Source: Octopus vulgaris
Lineage: Eukaryota
DNA: 64,000 nt
Assembly: GCA_951406725.2 (NCBI GenBank)
Contig: OX597832.1
Location: 60,016,001 to 60,080,000 of the forward strand
Direction: 5' to 3'
The notes beneath the pieces were generated by a model, which searched no databases, was not told where the DNA came from, and worked only from the letters and a program-made list of their open reading frames with translations. Shown one piece after another: positions 27,441 to 40,447 of this stretch (its first letter is position 1; each line of letters starts with the position of its first letter). The position numbers and the translations under genes are program-made.

Positions 27441-27726
27441 GATTTCGTCTCCTCTTCTTCACTCGGACATAGATAAGATATGATTGCCCGCATATTTTCG
27501 TAGTAATATTATCCGCTGAAACGAATGTGCTTGCTGCTTTGGTTGGCGAGTCGGGGCAGACGGTAGCTTTAGTGAAAAAGGAATTGTTAAACTCAATCGC
27601 ATTTTAAAACAGTATGATCGATGATTCAAGCAGTATTTAAAATTTCATGATTATCAGTTAAAAATTACGCGTTCCCATTGGCCTCACACATTTGTGTCTG
27701 TGTGTGAGAGAGTGTGTGTATATAAA

Positions 27727-27828
<102 letters not shown>

Positions 27829-27999
27829 TGTATGTGTGTATGTATGTATGTATGCATATATATATGTTTATATATGTGTGTATATATGTATGTATGTGTG
27901 TATAGATAGATAGATAGATAGATAAGTAGGGAAATATGTATGCATATGAATATCGGTATGTTTAGGTGTATGTGTATGTGTATTATATATGTATATAAT

Positions 28000-28049
<50 letters not shown>

Positions 28050-28051
<2 letters not shown>

Positions 28052-28080
28052 TTCGCCATGATTGATCGCTAGCCACTAAA

Positions 28081-28135
<55 letters not shown>

Positions 28136-28282
28136 ATTTCTGTGTTCCTTTCTGTTGAAGAGCGTAGACTCGAAACGTAAAAGACTTTCTCACTTCATGA
28201 TCGTTAAATTAATATATCTGTTTGTTGTTTACACATCCGTCTTCGTCTTTTGTCTTATTTGTTTTTTTTTTTTTTGTTGTTC
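28050..28282 (+). mobile_element. Family H element in (TA)n
   Basis: cttt-CTGTTGA-A-GAGCgtagACTC-GAAA-CG-TA-aaag at 28148-28183, with (TA)n on both sides. Confidence 0.7.
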
Positions 28283-28858
28283 TTTTTTGTAATTCCAACT
28301 ATATATATGTATATATTAAGAAATGAAGAGCGCAAAATAGCACCGGTGCTTGCTACAAATGAGCGTCAAAATTCAACTCTAAAATTTAACTCTAAAAGCC
28401 ACAAAAAACACTAACCTCATTATATTTATGGGAAGTGGGCACACCTTGTGAGATAAAACACATAAAAGAAATAGTTGAACAAAACCTTATCACGTGATTT
28501 CGAAATTTAACCAATATGGTCTTGTCTCTCGGAAGCATCTACTAACTACTCAGGGTTAAAGAGATAGTACGCCTCATAATAGTTCATGAGAAGAAAAACA
28601 CCGTTGATAAGCAAGCACCAAATCCAAACGGTTATACACTATAATCTTATATTAATATATGTGTGTGTATGTATGTATGTATGTATGTATGTATGTATGT
28701 ATGTATGTATGTATGTATGTATGTATGTATGTATGTATGTACTCACATTTACATGGTAAAGATTGCCGGTGATTTCGAAGTCTCTGTTTATTGGCCTACT
28801 GTTGGATGAAATCGAGCGAACATAAATTTCGAAGTCGTGGTCGACCTTTTCTTTTTTA

Positions 28859-29029
28859 GGCATAGGAGTGGCTGTGTGGTAAGTAGCTTCCTTACTAACC
28901 ACATGGTTCCAGGTTCAGTCCCACTGCGTGGCACCATGGGCAAGTGTCTTCTACTATAGTCTCAGGGCGACCAAAGCCTTGTGAGTGGATTTGGTAGACC
29001 GAAGCTGAAAGTAGCCTGCCGTATCTATG

Positions 29030-29093
<64 letters not shown>

Positions 29094-29335
29094 TGTGTGT
29101 CTGTGTATGTGTTTGTGTGCCTGTGTTTGTCCCCCAACATCGCTTGACAACCGATGCTGGTGTGTTTATGTCCCCGTAACATTAGCGGTTCACCAAAAGA
29201 GACCGATAGAATAAGTAATAGGCTTACAAAGAATAAGCCCTGGGGTCGATTTGCTCTACTAAAGACGGTGCTCCAGCATGGCCACAGTCAAATGACTAAA
29301 AAAAGTTTTTAAAAAATAGTAAAAGAGTAAAAGAG
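28859..29335 (+). mobile_element. SINE family A
   Basis: Full copy with internal (TA)n(TG)n. Confidence 0.92.
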
Positions 29336-29629
29336 ACTTTTGAACAGTATGGTCGCTGGCAGAATTGGTAGAGCGCAGTAGACAGAATACGTTGCAATAA
29401 TTCAATATTCGAAACCGATGAATTAGAATCCCAACGACCAGCAATCGATTAAATAAATAACAATAAAGCACTTGGATCTATATAAACGACCATTTTGTTT
29501 TAAAAGTTGCTACACCGTGGCCACAATCTTATAAATAAAACCAGTAAAATTATAGCAGAATATAATATAAGATGAAAGTAGTTAGGAAGTGATGAAAATA
29601 ATTAATGTTTTCACAAAAAGAAAACTGGC

Positions 29630-29870
29630 TCTCCGTCGGTTACCGCAAGATGGGTTCCAGTTGCTTCGAGCAACGGAACAAGCTGCTCATGAAATTAACG
29701 TGCAATTAGCTAAGCACTCCACATACAAGCGTACCCTTAACGAAGCCCTCATGGTAATTCAACGAAACAATGGGATTTGACAAGGCTGGCCCTTTGAAAT
29801 ACAGGTGCCACTCGTTTTTGCCTGCTGAGTGGACTGGAGCAGCACAAAATAAAGAGTCTTGCTCAAGGAC
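29630..29870 (-). mobile_element. SINE fragment sharing its 3' half with family E; CORE-like central block
   Basis: Matches 40060-40237. The minus-strand CCTTGAGCAAGAC..GCTCCAGTCCACTCAGC resembles the CORE-SINE domain (from memory). Confidence 0.7.
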
Positions 29871-29959
29871 CGAGCCCGACGGACGAAAATGCCGCTAAAC
29901 ATTTTCTCAAGCGTGCTAACGATACTGTCTGATCGATGCCTTAATAATAATAGCACTCA

Positions 29960-30180
29960 GAATGATTTCAAACTTTGGCACGTAACCAGCAATTTGGGGG
30001 GAAATGTAAATTGATTACATCGACACCAGTGTTTAAATGGTACTTAGAGTATCGATCCCAGAAGCATGAAAGGTAAAGTCGACCTTGACGGGAATTGAAC
30101 TCAGAAAGTAGAGACGGACAAAATACCGCTAAATATTCTGCCTCTTGGGTGTGCTAACGATTCTGCCTCTTTGCCATCTA
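29960..30180 (-). mobile_element. SINE family B, degenerate
   Basis: Contains AAAGTCGACCTTG..GAACTCAGAA..AAATACCGCTAA. Confidence 0.75.
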
Positions 30181-30200
30181 AATAATAATAATAATAATAC

Positions 30201-30280
<80 letters not shown>

Positions 30281-30284
30281 TTTA

Positions 30285-30648
30285 TTCAGTAGTTTTATTT
30301 TTATAGCGTGCTTTCACTTCACTACCGAGCGCAGCTCTGTGTGCCTTGGGTATGTGCTGTGATTTGTTGTGATGCTTTGATGGTTATTGTATGGAAAGTG
30401 TTCTGCGTAGGATGTGTGCAGTGCCTAGTAGTGCAATTTTCTGTATGTTATATGTGTTTGTAAGTCCTGGTGTTTTTGTTATGTATTTGTCTGAATATTT
30501 TTTTATCATGCCTAATGCACCTACTATGATAGGAATTGTTTCTGTTTTCAGGTTCCACATTCTAGTTACCTCTATTTCCAGGTCTTTGTATTTTGAGAGT
30601 TTCTCCATTTCTTTTAGAGACACGTTGTCATCTGCCGGTATTGATACA

Positions 30649-30650
<2 letters not shown>
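30285..30650 (-). mobile_element. 5'-truncated Dong/R4-like retrotransposon 3' end inserted in (TAA)n
   Basis: Open frame DVSIPADDNVSLKEMEKLSKYKDLEIEVTRMW..IPIIVGALG..QKIALLGTAHILRRTL, a ~100-bp 3' UTR, and long (TAA)n on both sides. Confidence 0.92.
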
Positions 30651-30706
<56 letters not shown>

Positions 30707-30712
30707 CATTAA

Positions 30713-30759
<47 letters not shown>

Positions 30760-30796
30760 GCATTATTTTGTTATTATTATCATCATCATGATTATT

Positions 30797-31020
30797 ATTT
30801 CTACTCTAGGCACTATACCTTGAAATTTTTTGTGGGGGGAGGAAGGGAGCAGTCGATTGAATCGACCTCTAATGCGTAACTGGTACTTTATTTATCGAAC
30901 CCGAAAGGATGAAAGGCAAAGTCGACCTCGGCGGAATTTGAACTCAGAACGTAGCGGCAGACGAAATACCCCAAAGCATTTCGCCCGGCGTGCTAAAGAT
31001 TCTACTACGTTGCCGCCTTA
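30797..31020 (-). mobile_element. SINE family B
   Basis: Well-preserved copy between (ATT)n and (TAA)n tracts. Confidence 0.9.
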
Positions 31021-31035
31021 ATAATAATAATAATG

Positions 31036-31107
<72 letters not shown>

Positions 31108-31326
31108 GTCCTTTCTACTATAGGCACAAGGTCTAAAATTTGGTAGGAGAGGACCAGTCGATTAGATCGACCCCAGTACTTAACTGGTACTTAATTTATC
31201 GACCCATAAAGGATGAAAGGCAAAGTCGACCTCGGTGGAATTTGAACTCAGAACGTAACCGCAGAAGAAATACCGCAAAACATTTCGTCCGGCGTGCTAA
31301 CGAGATTCTGCCAGCTCGCCGCCTTA
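31108..31326 (-). mobile_element. SINE family B
   Basis: Second tandem copy, separated from the first only by (TAA)n. Confidence 0.9.
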
Positions 31327-31334
31327 ATAATAGC

Positions 31335-31456
31335 GAGAAGAAGAAGAAGAAGAAGAAGAAGAAGAAGAAGAAGAAGAAGAAGAAGAAGAAGAAGAAGAAG
31401 AAGAAGAAGAAGAAGAAGAAGAAGAAGAAGAAGAAGAAGAAGAAGAAGAAGAAGAA
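31335..31456. repeat. (GAA)n microsatellite
   Basis: Direct reading, about 40 pure units. Confidence 0.95.
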
Positions 31457-32279
31457 TATAATACCATTTACCAATTACCTGTCTGGGCACCCACAGAAGG
31501 AGGAGGAGGAGGAGGAGGAGGATTCACGGCAACCAAATCGTTACCATTTTTATTTACGTTCTTCGAAGCATTACAATTTGGTAGACGGTTCTCCATGGTA
31601 GACAGAACAGTATTGTTAAATTTAAGATGTCGTTCTTTACAAATGCGTGGATGTTTTTTCCTTATTGTCTTGAAAAATCGGTTAAAGCATGCTGCTGAAA
31701 ACATCCATGCTTCCTAAGCGACCAATAACAACAACAACAACAACAAATGAAACTCTTTCTATTCCCTCATTTTATTTTTGCGTTCGATGTGAGGTAATAA
31801 TATAACACTTTCGTCACCTTAATTCTCCCCTCTCTCCTTCTCATCGCGGTTTTTGTCATAACCAGCCATTTGCGTACAAATATCCGCACATATGCCTGAT
31901 CGTAAACACATACATGCATACATACATGCATATATATATATATACATACGTACATACGTACGTACATACATACATGCATTCATGCATGCATACATACATA
32001 AGTTTCATGGTTTTGTTGCTATTTGTGATTATTTAATTTAATTTATTTTTATTATTTTCCAAATAAATTCAAATATATGTGTTCTATGATAGAAATATTA
32101 AAATTACTAAGTCTCTCTAAAGGAGATTACGACAGCGTTACTGGATATTAATTTTATATAAATTTATAATGTACATGTATAACTATCTTTACCTTCTCTT
32201 TCTGTATCTCTCTTCCTCTCTCTCTCTAATCTATATCTCTGTATATATATACATATATATATATCCATATCTATCTGTA

Positions 32280-32318
<39 letters not shown>

Positions 32319-32407
32319 ATATATATATATTTATACTTACCTATCTATCTGTCTATCTATCTACCAACCCATCTATTTATCTCTCTACCTACCTACCTAC
32401 CTATCTA

Positions 32408-32450
<43 letters not shown>

Positions 32451-32630
32451 GTCCTGTTGTCTAGCTTCATATTTTGTCTATCTCTTTACACCTACTCTTC
32501 ATACGCTCAAACGAATACATACACATATAGATACGATCACATCCACACACGTGTACAGACACAGAACTTGTATAAAAGATTTATAGAAAGCGAAAGAGAA
32601 AGAAGTAGACAGACATGCAGTTTGACTGAC

Positions 32631-32694
<64 letters not shown>

Positions 32695-32743
32695 GGATGG
32701 ATGGATGGATGGATGGATGGATGGATGGATGGATGGATGGATG

Positions 32744-32821
<78 letters not shown>

Positions 32822-33489
32822 ATGGTAGACACATACTGTGGATGTTATATATGTGTGTTTGTTTCCTCTGCCTCTTATTTATCTCTTCCTCTCTTTCTTG
32901 CTCTCTTCCTCTCTCTCCCTCTCCTTTCTTTTTGCTTTCTGTGTTTCTCTTCGTTAGAAATTCGGTCAAGCAAAAAGAAAAAAAGCCCTGGGTAAACAAG
33001 GGAAGACAACTGGAGATATTGTTAATCATGTGTGCACACATGATTAACAACGCATGGCATTGAGAACAATAAAAACACAATCATCATCATCAGCAGCAGC
33101 AGCATCACCATCATCGCTATCACTATCATCACTATCACCATCTTTGCCAACATCATCGTTATCACCATGACAACTACCACCACCATCACCACCACCATCA
33201 TTATTATCATCAACTTCATCATCATTATCGTCACCATCGCCATAAAAATGAACATCGATATCACTAGCCATTCACAGCAACAACAAGAACAATAACAACA
33301 ACAGTAGCAACATCAACAATAAGAACAAATTGCAACAATAACTACAACAAAGAAACAAAGAAAAAAATATAAGGAGACATTAGTCACCCGTTTCTTTATT
33401 TTTCTCATACTGGGTTTTTCAGTCAACCGCAGATGTCACGCTTCATTGCATTATAATGCACACGGCAGGGTTAACGCTACTGTTATATA

Positions 33490-33528
<39 letters not shown>

Positions 33529-33659
33529 GATGTGCACTACCGAGTTATTTAGACAGATGACAGCATAAGCTACTGCACATTCGCAGTCGTGTAGATGCAG
33601 TGAAGCGTGCATGCAACAATACACACACATGCATACGTACGTACGTGCATACATGTAAT

Positions 33660-33830
33660 GAAAAGACAATGAACAAAGGAAAGAACAACACAGAAACAAA
33701 AAAAGTTTGTCAAATAGGGTGTTAGTTTAACACTTCAGAGAAAACAAAGACATTGTCTTCACGTTTCGGATGTAATTTCTTCATCTTAAAACAAAGAGAG
33801 AGAGAGACAGAAGGAAAGAAAGATGTACTG
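33660..33830 (-). mobile_element. Family H element, highly degenerate
   Basis: Minus strand GATGAAGAAATTACATCCGAAACGTG, then TGAAGTGTTAAACTAACAC, similar to the block in the 11060-11260 copy. Confidence 0.5.
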
Positions 33831-34788
33831 GAAGTGATTGAAAGAGAACTAGTATGTGTACGGATCATGAAGGAAAAGTATGGTTGGTCGGGAGCAGATG
33901 TAAATTGCTAGAAACTAAGGATAATGCTGGTCGAAGGGAGTGTTGTTACGAGCATTTGTTTAGACGACTGCATCAGAATGTACCGTTGTATGTAAGTGTG
34001 CACAAGGGGAAGTGATGTGTGCATATGTTTGTGTTGTATATGTTTGTGTGTGTAAAGATGTGTGCAAGTGCGTAAGTATGACGGCGTTGAGTGATGCAGA
34101 ACATGTTGTCTTCCTATAGTGACCAGGTATATTTTGATAGGGTTGTATCATTTTTACACTAGATTTTTAGATGTGGCAGATGTCTTCATAACACCTACTT
34201 TCATAATGCCCACCTTTAGATGTCTTCATAACACCTACCTAACTGTATGAGCTGTGGGTCCGAAGTATGTAAGGTAACATTTATTTTCGTTTCAAATGCC
34301 TGATATTTGGTCATTTGGTTGGTTGGATTGGTGTTTGTGTGGAAGATATCAGTCAATTGTTCCTCGCTACTATATACTGGAAATTGTTACTGGCGCACAA
34401 TTGAGTCTACCAGTTCTTCTCTCTTTCTCCTTCGTTCTGCATTTACTCTGTTGAAAAGCTACGCCTTATATATGCAAGTAGGACATAAAACACAATATAT
34501 ATGCGAAGAAACATCAGCGCACAATACTCATATATACGACAACCGTGCAAATAAAAGGAACTTGTTTTATAGACTTGGAAAGGCCGTGGGCATATACATA
34601 ATATCATATAGAATATTATATAGACAGATAGGTAAATAAGTAGATTGACAGATGAACAGATGGACATACATAGATGCATACATGCATACATACAGACAGA
34701 CAGACAGAAAGACATACGGTGGTCAGTCAGATAGACAAATACATAATCAGATAGATAAATGGGAAGAAAGACATTTATATGTACACAT

Positions 34789-34943
34789 AGTGGCTGTGTG
34801 GTAAGAGGCTTGCTTACCAACAGCATGGTTCCGGGTTCAGTTCCACCGCGTGACACCTTGGGCAAGTGTCTTCTACTATAACCTCGGGCCCACTAAAGCC
34901 TTGTGAGTGGATTTTGTTGACGGAAATTGAAAGACGCATGTCG

Positions 34944-34997
<54 letters not shown>

Positions 34998-35212
34998 TGT
35001 ACGCGAGTGTGTGTGCGTATATGTGTGTGTCTGTGTTTGTCCCCCCACCATCGCTTGACAACCGATGCTGGTGTATAATTGTCCCCATGGCTTAGCGGTT
35101 CGGAAGTACTAGGCTTACAAAGAATAAGTCCCGGGACCGAGATGCTCGACTAAAAGCGGTGCTCCAGCATGGCCGCAGTTAAATGACTGAAACAAGTAAA
35201 AGAGTAAAAGAG
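34789..35212 (+). mobile_element. SINE family A
   Basis: Head, internal (TG)n and tail present. Confidence 0.9.
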
Positions 35213-35249
35213 AGAGAATTTATATATACATACATATACATAAACATAT

Positions 35250-35340
<91 letters not shown>

Positions 35341-36134
35341 TGTATGTATGTATATACTGTTAGAGTGAGTGAGACTGAGACAGGCAGAGAGAAAGGGAAA
35401 AGGAAGAAAAACGGCAGAAATGAACAAATACAAAACCAAAATAAATAACGATAGAGAAAGAGAGCGGGGGGGAGTGGTGGAGAGGCTACACCAAACCATA
35501 CATATACACACTTAACAGTACGTATAGGCACTCACACATGCATTCACAGGGGCACTCACACACTCATACATCTCGTTTTATAGCAAATCCTACATGAAGG
35601 CACCACAGCCAACCAAAGACTCGTAACAACCTCTAACAACACGCCAAACGATTACACGCAATAAACACGTCTTTTACACGCTCACACATACACATACGCG
35701 TACACGTACACGTACGCACACACACGGCATATACACACCCACACATACCCATACACGCATACCTTTTTGGAGAAGGGGTTATTGTTGGTGTTTCTGCTGT
35801 GTGGCTTTTGTTTCTGCTGTTGATGTTGTTGTCTTTAGCAGTCGTTCTCTTAACACTCGCCATTGTTGTCGCCATTGCCGTTGTTCTTGTCGCTGTTAGA
35901 GTCATTGTTTTTTTTATTGTCGTTGTTGTTCTAGTTGTTGTTGCTTGTTGTTTTTGTTGTTGTTGTCATGTTGTTGTTGTTGCTCTCTTAGCGTTTCCCG
36001 CCTCTCTTGGGGTTTGTTGATATAGGACACACCTGCGTACACACGCTGCCAAGAGGAGTGACATAGGGTGGACGGTACTTTTGGGAGAGTCAAGAAAAGA
36101 AAGAATTAGAAAGAGCGCGAGTGATGTGTATGAG

Positions 36135-36167
<33 letters not shown>

Positions 36168-36517
36168 GAGAGTGGGAGAAGAAGAGATGATGAATGTGTG
36201 AAGTCTAGAGAGGCAGGGGAGACAAAGACGGAGAGAGGGAATGTAGAATGAGAGAATGTAGAATGAGAGAGTGGGGAATTTGAGCGAATGAAAGAGAGGT
36301 GGGAGAATGTCAAGCAGAGACAGACAGACAGACATACATACAAGCAGGCAGACACACATACAGACAGTCGAAGGAAGAATGAAGGAGGGACAAAACAATC
36401 TTATACACACACGCACACGTATATATATATACACGCAGATATATTTATGTGTATGAATGTGCATATATACATTTACATACAGACATACATACATAAATAT
36501 ACATATACATACATACA

Positions 36518-36555
<38 letters not shown>

Positions 36556-36941
36556 ATATGAATAATATATATGCATGTATACATACATAAATGGGTACAG
36601 GGTGTCATAAAATGTAAACAACATGAAATACGATATACGAAAACATGGAATACGAACTTTTTTTGGCGAACAACGAAAGAAATAATTGGAAAACAAGACA
36701 GGTAACATAAAGAACGACCCTTCATCAGTTGTCGACTGTTTTATCTACTCCACATTTCGAGCAATCAATACTGTTATGTGTGCGTCAATGCATGTATATA
36801 TGTAAGTGTACACAAACGTATATATGTGTTAGTATCTGCATATATGTATGTATGTATGCTTGTTTGTCTTCATGTGAGTATATGTAAGATTGTATGTATG
36901 ACTGTTAATTTGTAAGTATATTTGCTTGCGTGAATGTATCC

Positions 36942-36987
<46 letters not shown>

Positions 36988-36990
<3 letters not shown>

Positions 36991-37187
36991 TAATCCAAAC
37001 AAGAAAACAAAAAAACAACAACGCATGGACGTGGAACAAATAAAGTATTATTGGACGCTCAGGAAAGAAGGGAAGAAGGAGGGTTTGACGTTTCGAGCGG
37101 AGCTCTTCGTCGGAAACATAGGAGAAGGAAAGATCCCGAGAAGGGAAGACGGGGAAAAAATCGCCTAGTGATACAGACGAGGTCACA

Positions 37188-37190
<3 letters not shown>
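36988..37190 (-). mobile_element. Family H element in (TA)n with near-intact minimal hammerhead
   Basis: Minus strand 37083-37117: gttt-CCGACGA-A-GAGCtccGCTC-GAAA-CG-TC-aaac. (TA)n on both sides. Confidence 0.75.
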
Positions 37191-37235
<45 letters not shown>

Positions 37236-37624
37236 TTATACGAGTATGAATGTATAAAAGGAAAGTGTATGACTGGGGATGTAGAAGTGCAATTCTTAAG
37301 AGTGCAAAATCTTGTTTGCAGCACAGAAGGTGCATCGACAGATCTATCTTGCCGCGTGTTTGTGCACGCGTATGCGCGCGCGTGTGTGTTTTTGCCTGCG
37401 AACGGGGATGTGCTTGTCTGCATTGCCATGTGTTTGCACATCTACAAGGAGAATCAGGCTGACACAATCACGTGCACTTCATCCCTTTGCCCTTACGGTT
37501 ATTAACTCACAATCGAGTGCGACTTCGAACTCGTAGCTTAATGAATAGGACATCACGAACCAAATCCATCTCAGCTGTACTCAGAGAACAACTCGTAATA
37601 CCATAGCAAACATTCTATAATAAT

Positions 37625-37810
37625 GTTGGTCTTAAATTGCGGCACAAGGCCAGCAATCTCTGGGAGGGAATAAGTCGATTACATCGAACCTAATGCATGA
37701 CTGGTACTTATTTTATCGGGCCCAAAAGGCCAAGTTGGCTTTGGTGGAATCTGAACCCAGAAAATAAAGACGGACGAAATGTCACTAAGCATTTTACACA
37801 GCGGAACTTT
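37625..37810 (-). mobile_element. SINE family B, degenerate
   Basis: Contains GTCGATTACATCGA..CTGGTACTTATTTTATCG..GGACGAAAT. Confidence 0.65.
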
Positions 37811-37907
37811 GTTAACATACCAGTAATTTCATGTTCAATCTACCTCCCAAGAAAAGATTTCGATATGCGAATTAGCCTGTAAACCTCTTATATAAGAGAG
37901 TATTTTT

Positions 37908-38120
37908 TAAGGCGGCGAGCTGGTGGAATCGTTACCACGCCGGGTGAAATGCTTAGTGGTACTTCGTTTGTCTTTACGTTCTGAGATCAAATTACGCTGA
38001 GCTCGACATTGCCTTCCATCATTTCGGGGTCCATAAATCAATTACCAGTTGCATACTGGTGTCGATCTAATCAACTGGCTCCCGCCCCCCAAATTTCGGG
38101 TCTTGTTCCTAGAGTAGAAA
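37908..38120 (+). mobile_element. SINE family B
   Basis: Reads AAGGCGGCGAGCTGG..ACGTTCTGAG..TTTCGGGGTC..TAGAGTAGAAA. Confidence 0.85.
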
Positions 38121-38519
38121 AAAATATAAGAGAATATAGAATCAGTGGTTTTGTGGATAGTTAAAGAGGGTACACAGTTGCTAAGGAAGATACCAACGAG
38201 AAAAGAAACGTAAGAACAATCTCTTCCTTCTTATTCAGTTCACTAACAACTACGGACACTGTGTACAATGGGCGTACCACAAGATTAGCTAATAACTCTA
38301 CAAATATTCTCTGTAGTAGCTGATTGCAATGACTCAAAACACTTAATAAATCAGAAGTATCATGTTCAATGTCGCTGCCCAGAAAAAAGATCGATATGCA
38401 TTTTTAGACTACGATGTTTACGCTAACCTCTAATATAAGTGGAGTGTAGAAACGGTGTTGTGTTTCTACAACGAACACATATACACGAAGGTGGAGCTGT
38501 GTGGTTAATCAAAGGTGAA

Positions 38520-39910
38520 CGAGTTGAGAAGGAGGGAGGGGAGGAGGAGAAATAACTTCCAGGAAAGTTCCGAGGAAGGGGAGGAGGGTGATATAGGAAT
38601 AACTGGATGTTGAGGAAGGGAGATATGATTTCTTCGAAAGTTCCCAGGAAGGGGAGGAAGGGGATGACGGGAAGATATGATTTCCTGGAAAAATATGAGA
38701 AAGGGGAGGAGGGGGAGATCGAACATCCTGGAAAGTTCCGATGAAGGGAAGGAAGAGAAGGAGGGGAGATAGTACTTCTTGGAAAGACCCGACAAGGGGG
38801 AAGGGGAGGAGGGGGAGATAGGACGTCCTGGAAAGATCCGAGGAAGGACAAGAGGGGAGATAGGACTTACAGGAAAGTTCCGATGACTTCATGGAAAGTT
38901 CCAAGGAGGGAAATGAAGGGGAGGAGGAGATATATGACTTCTTGGAAAATTGCGAGGTTTTCTGGAAAATTCCGAGGGTGTGAGAAAATACTTCTTGGAA
39001 AGTTCCGAGAACTTCCTGGAAAGTTCCGATGAATTGTAGAATAGGGAGGTAGGACTACCTGGAAAGATCCTAGAAAGTTCCGAGGATTTCCTAGGAAATT
39101 CCCACAACTTCATGGAATGTTCGAAGGAGGGGGATAGGACTTCCTGGAAAGTTCCGACGAGGAGATAGGATCTCCTGGAGAGATTCGAGGACTTCATGGA
39201 AAGTTCTGAGGAGGGGAGGGAAGAGGAGGGAAGGGAAGAGGAGGGAAGGGAAGAGAGGAGGAAGGGGAGGAGGTGAGATAGGACTTCCTGGAATGATCCG
39301 GTGATGGGGAGATACCACTTCCTAGAAAGTTCCGAGGACTTCCTCGAAAGTTGCGAGGATTTTCTGAAAATTCCGAAGGCTACTAGGAAAGTTCCGAGGA
39401 CGTTCTGGAACGTACCGAGGATGGGAGGGGGACTTCCTGGAAAGTTCAGATGGCTTCCTGTAAAATTCCGAGGATTGGAGGAGGGGAGGTAGGACTTCCT
39501 GGAAAGTTCCGATGAAGAAGAGGAACAGGAGGAGGGTGGATAGGACTTCCTGGAAAGTTCCCTTGATGGGGAATAGGGTTGTGCTAGGACTTCCTGGAAT
39601 GTTCCGGATAGGGGCGCTAGGACTTCCTGTATACGAATGTGGAGGAGAGTGATGAAGGGTGAGGGGAGTATGTTGTGGGTGTGGGGTTCGTTTGCTGTTG
39701 TCGCTGTCGATTGCAGTTTGGGTCGGGTTTGGTCAGGGTTGAGTCTCGGTGACTTGTGGACGTGGAGTTGGGTGGGGTGGGGTTGGTGTAGTAGGTTGAT
39801 GTGTTATATTGGGGAATGAAGTGTATGAGGGGGATGTTCCGATAAAGGTGAATTGGAGGATGGGTTGGTTATGTGGAAGGTGTCTTCCTGGAAAATTCCA
39901 GGGTGGGGAA
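38520..39910. repeat. Minisatellite array: ~30 copies of ACTTCCTGGAAAGTTCCGAGG separated by 0-80-bp G/A-rich spacers
   Basis: Counted by eye. Copies diverge by several substitutions; some are head-to-tail with a 21-bp period. Confidence 0.9.
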
Positions 39911-40035
39911 CGTAGGGGATTAGGGATTGATCACCAAATAGACAGACCCTGATGAAGCTGTATCAAATGTATTTTAAATTTGCATTTTCAACAGTATAAA
40001 TACCGCCGCAATCCCATTTCCTATTGGCTACAGGC

Positions 40036-40437
40036 CCCTTCCTTTTTCACTCCTTTTTCACTCCGTCGGTTGCGACGATGAGGGTCCCAGCTGATACGAT
40101 CAACGGAACAGCTTGCTCGTGATATTAACGTGCAAGTGGCTGAGCACTCCACAGACACGTGTACCCTTAACGTAGTTCTCGAGGAGATTCAGCGTGACAC
40201 AGAAATGTGACAAGGCTGGCCCTTTGAAATACAGGTACAAGAGAAACAGGAAGAAAGAGCGAGAGAAAGTTGTGGTGAAAGAGTACAGCAGGGTTCACCA
40301 CCACCCCCTGCCGGAGCCTCGTGGAGCTTTAGGTGTTTTCGCTCAATAAACATTCACAATGCCCGGTCTGGGAATCGAAACCGCGATCCTCCGACCGCGA
40401 GTCCGCTGCCCTAACCACTGGGCCATTGCGCCTCCAC
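40036..40437 (-). mobile_element. Full-length tRNA(Arg)-like SINE, family E (octopus OR-like), with 13-bp target-site duplication (TSD)
   Basis: Head GTGGAGGCGCAATGGCCCAGTGGTTAGGGCAGCGGACTCGCGG..GGTTTCGATTCCC; (GTGAAAAAGGA) tail repeats; TSD ATTGGCTACAGGC at 40023-40035 and 40438-40450. Confidence 0.9.
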
Positions 40438-40447
40438 ATTGGCTACA

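Noticed and set aside
36715-36765. Minus-strand GAAA...CTGATGAAGGG as a permuted (type II) hammerhead
   Set aside because: Stem I cannot be formed; it may be a repeat remnant, but it is not supportable as a ribozyme.
38520-39910. CRISPR array interpretation
   Set aside because: Spacers vary from 0 to ~80 bp, are low-complexity and mutually similar; repeats are degenerate; no cas genes; eukaryotic context.
39945-39975. CTGATGAAGCTG as a hammerhead core (also CTGATGA at ~45744 and ~47934)
   Set aside because: No properly placed GAAA, helix III or matching stems.
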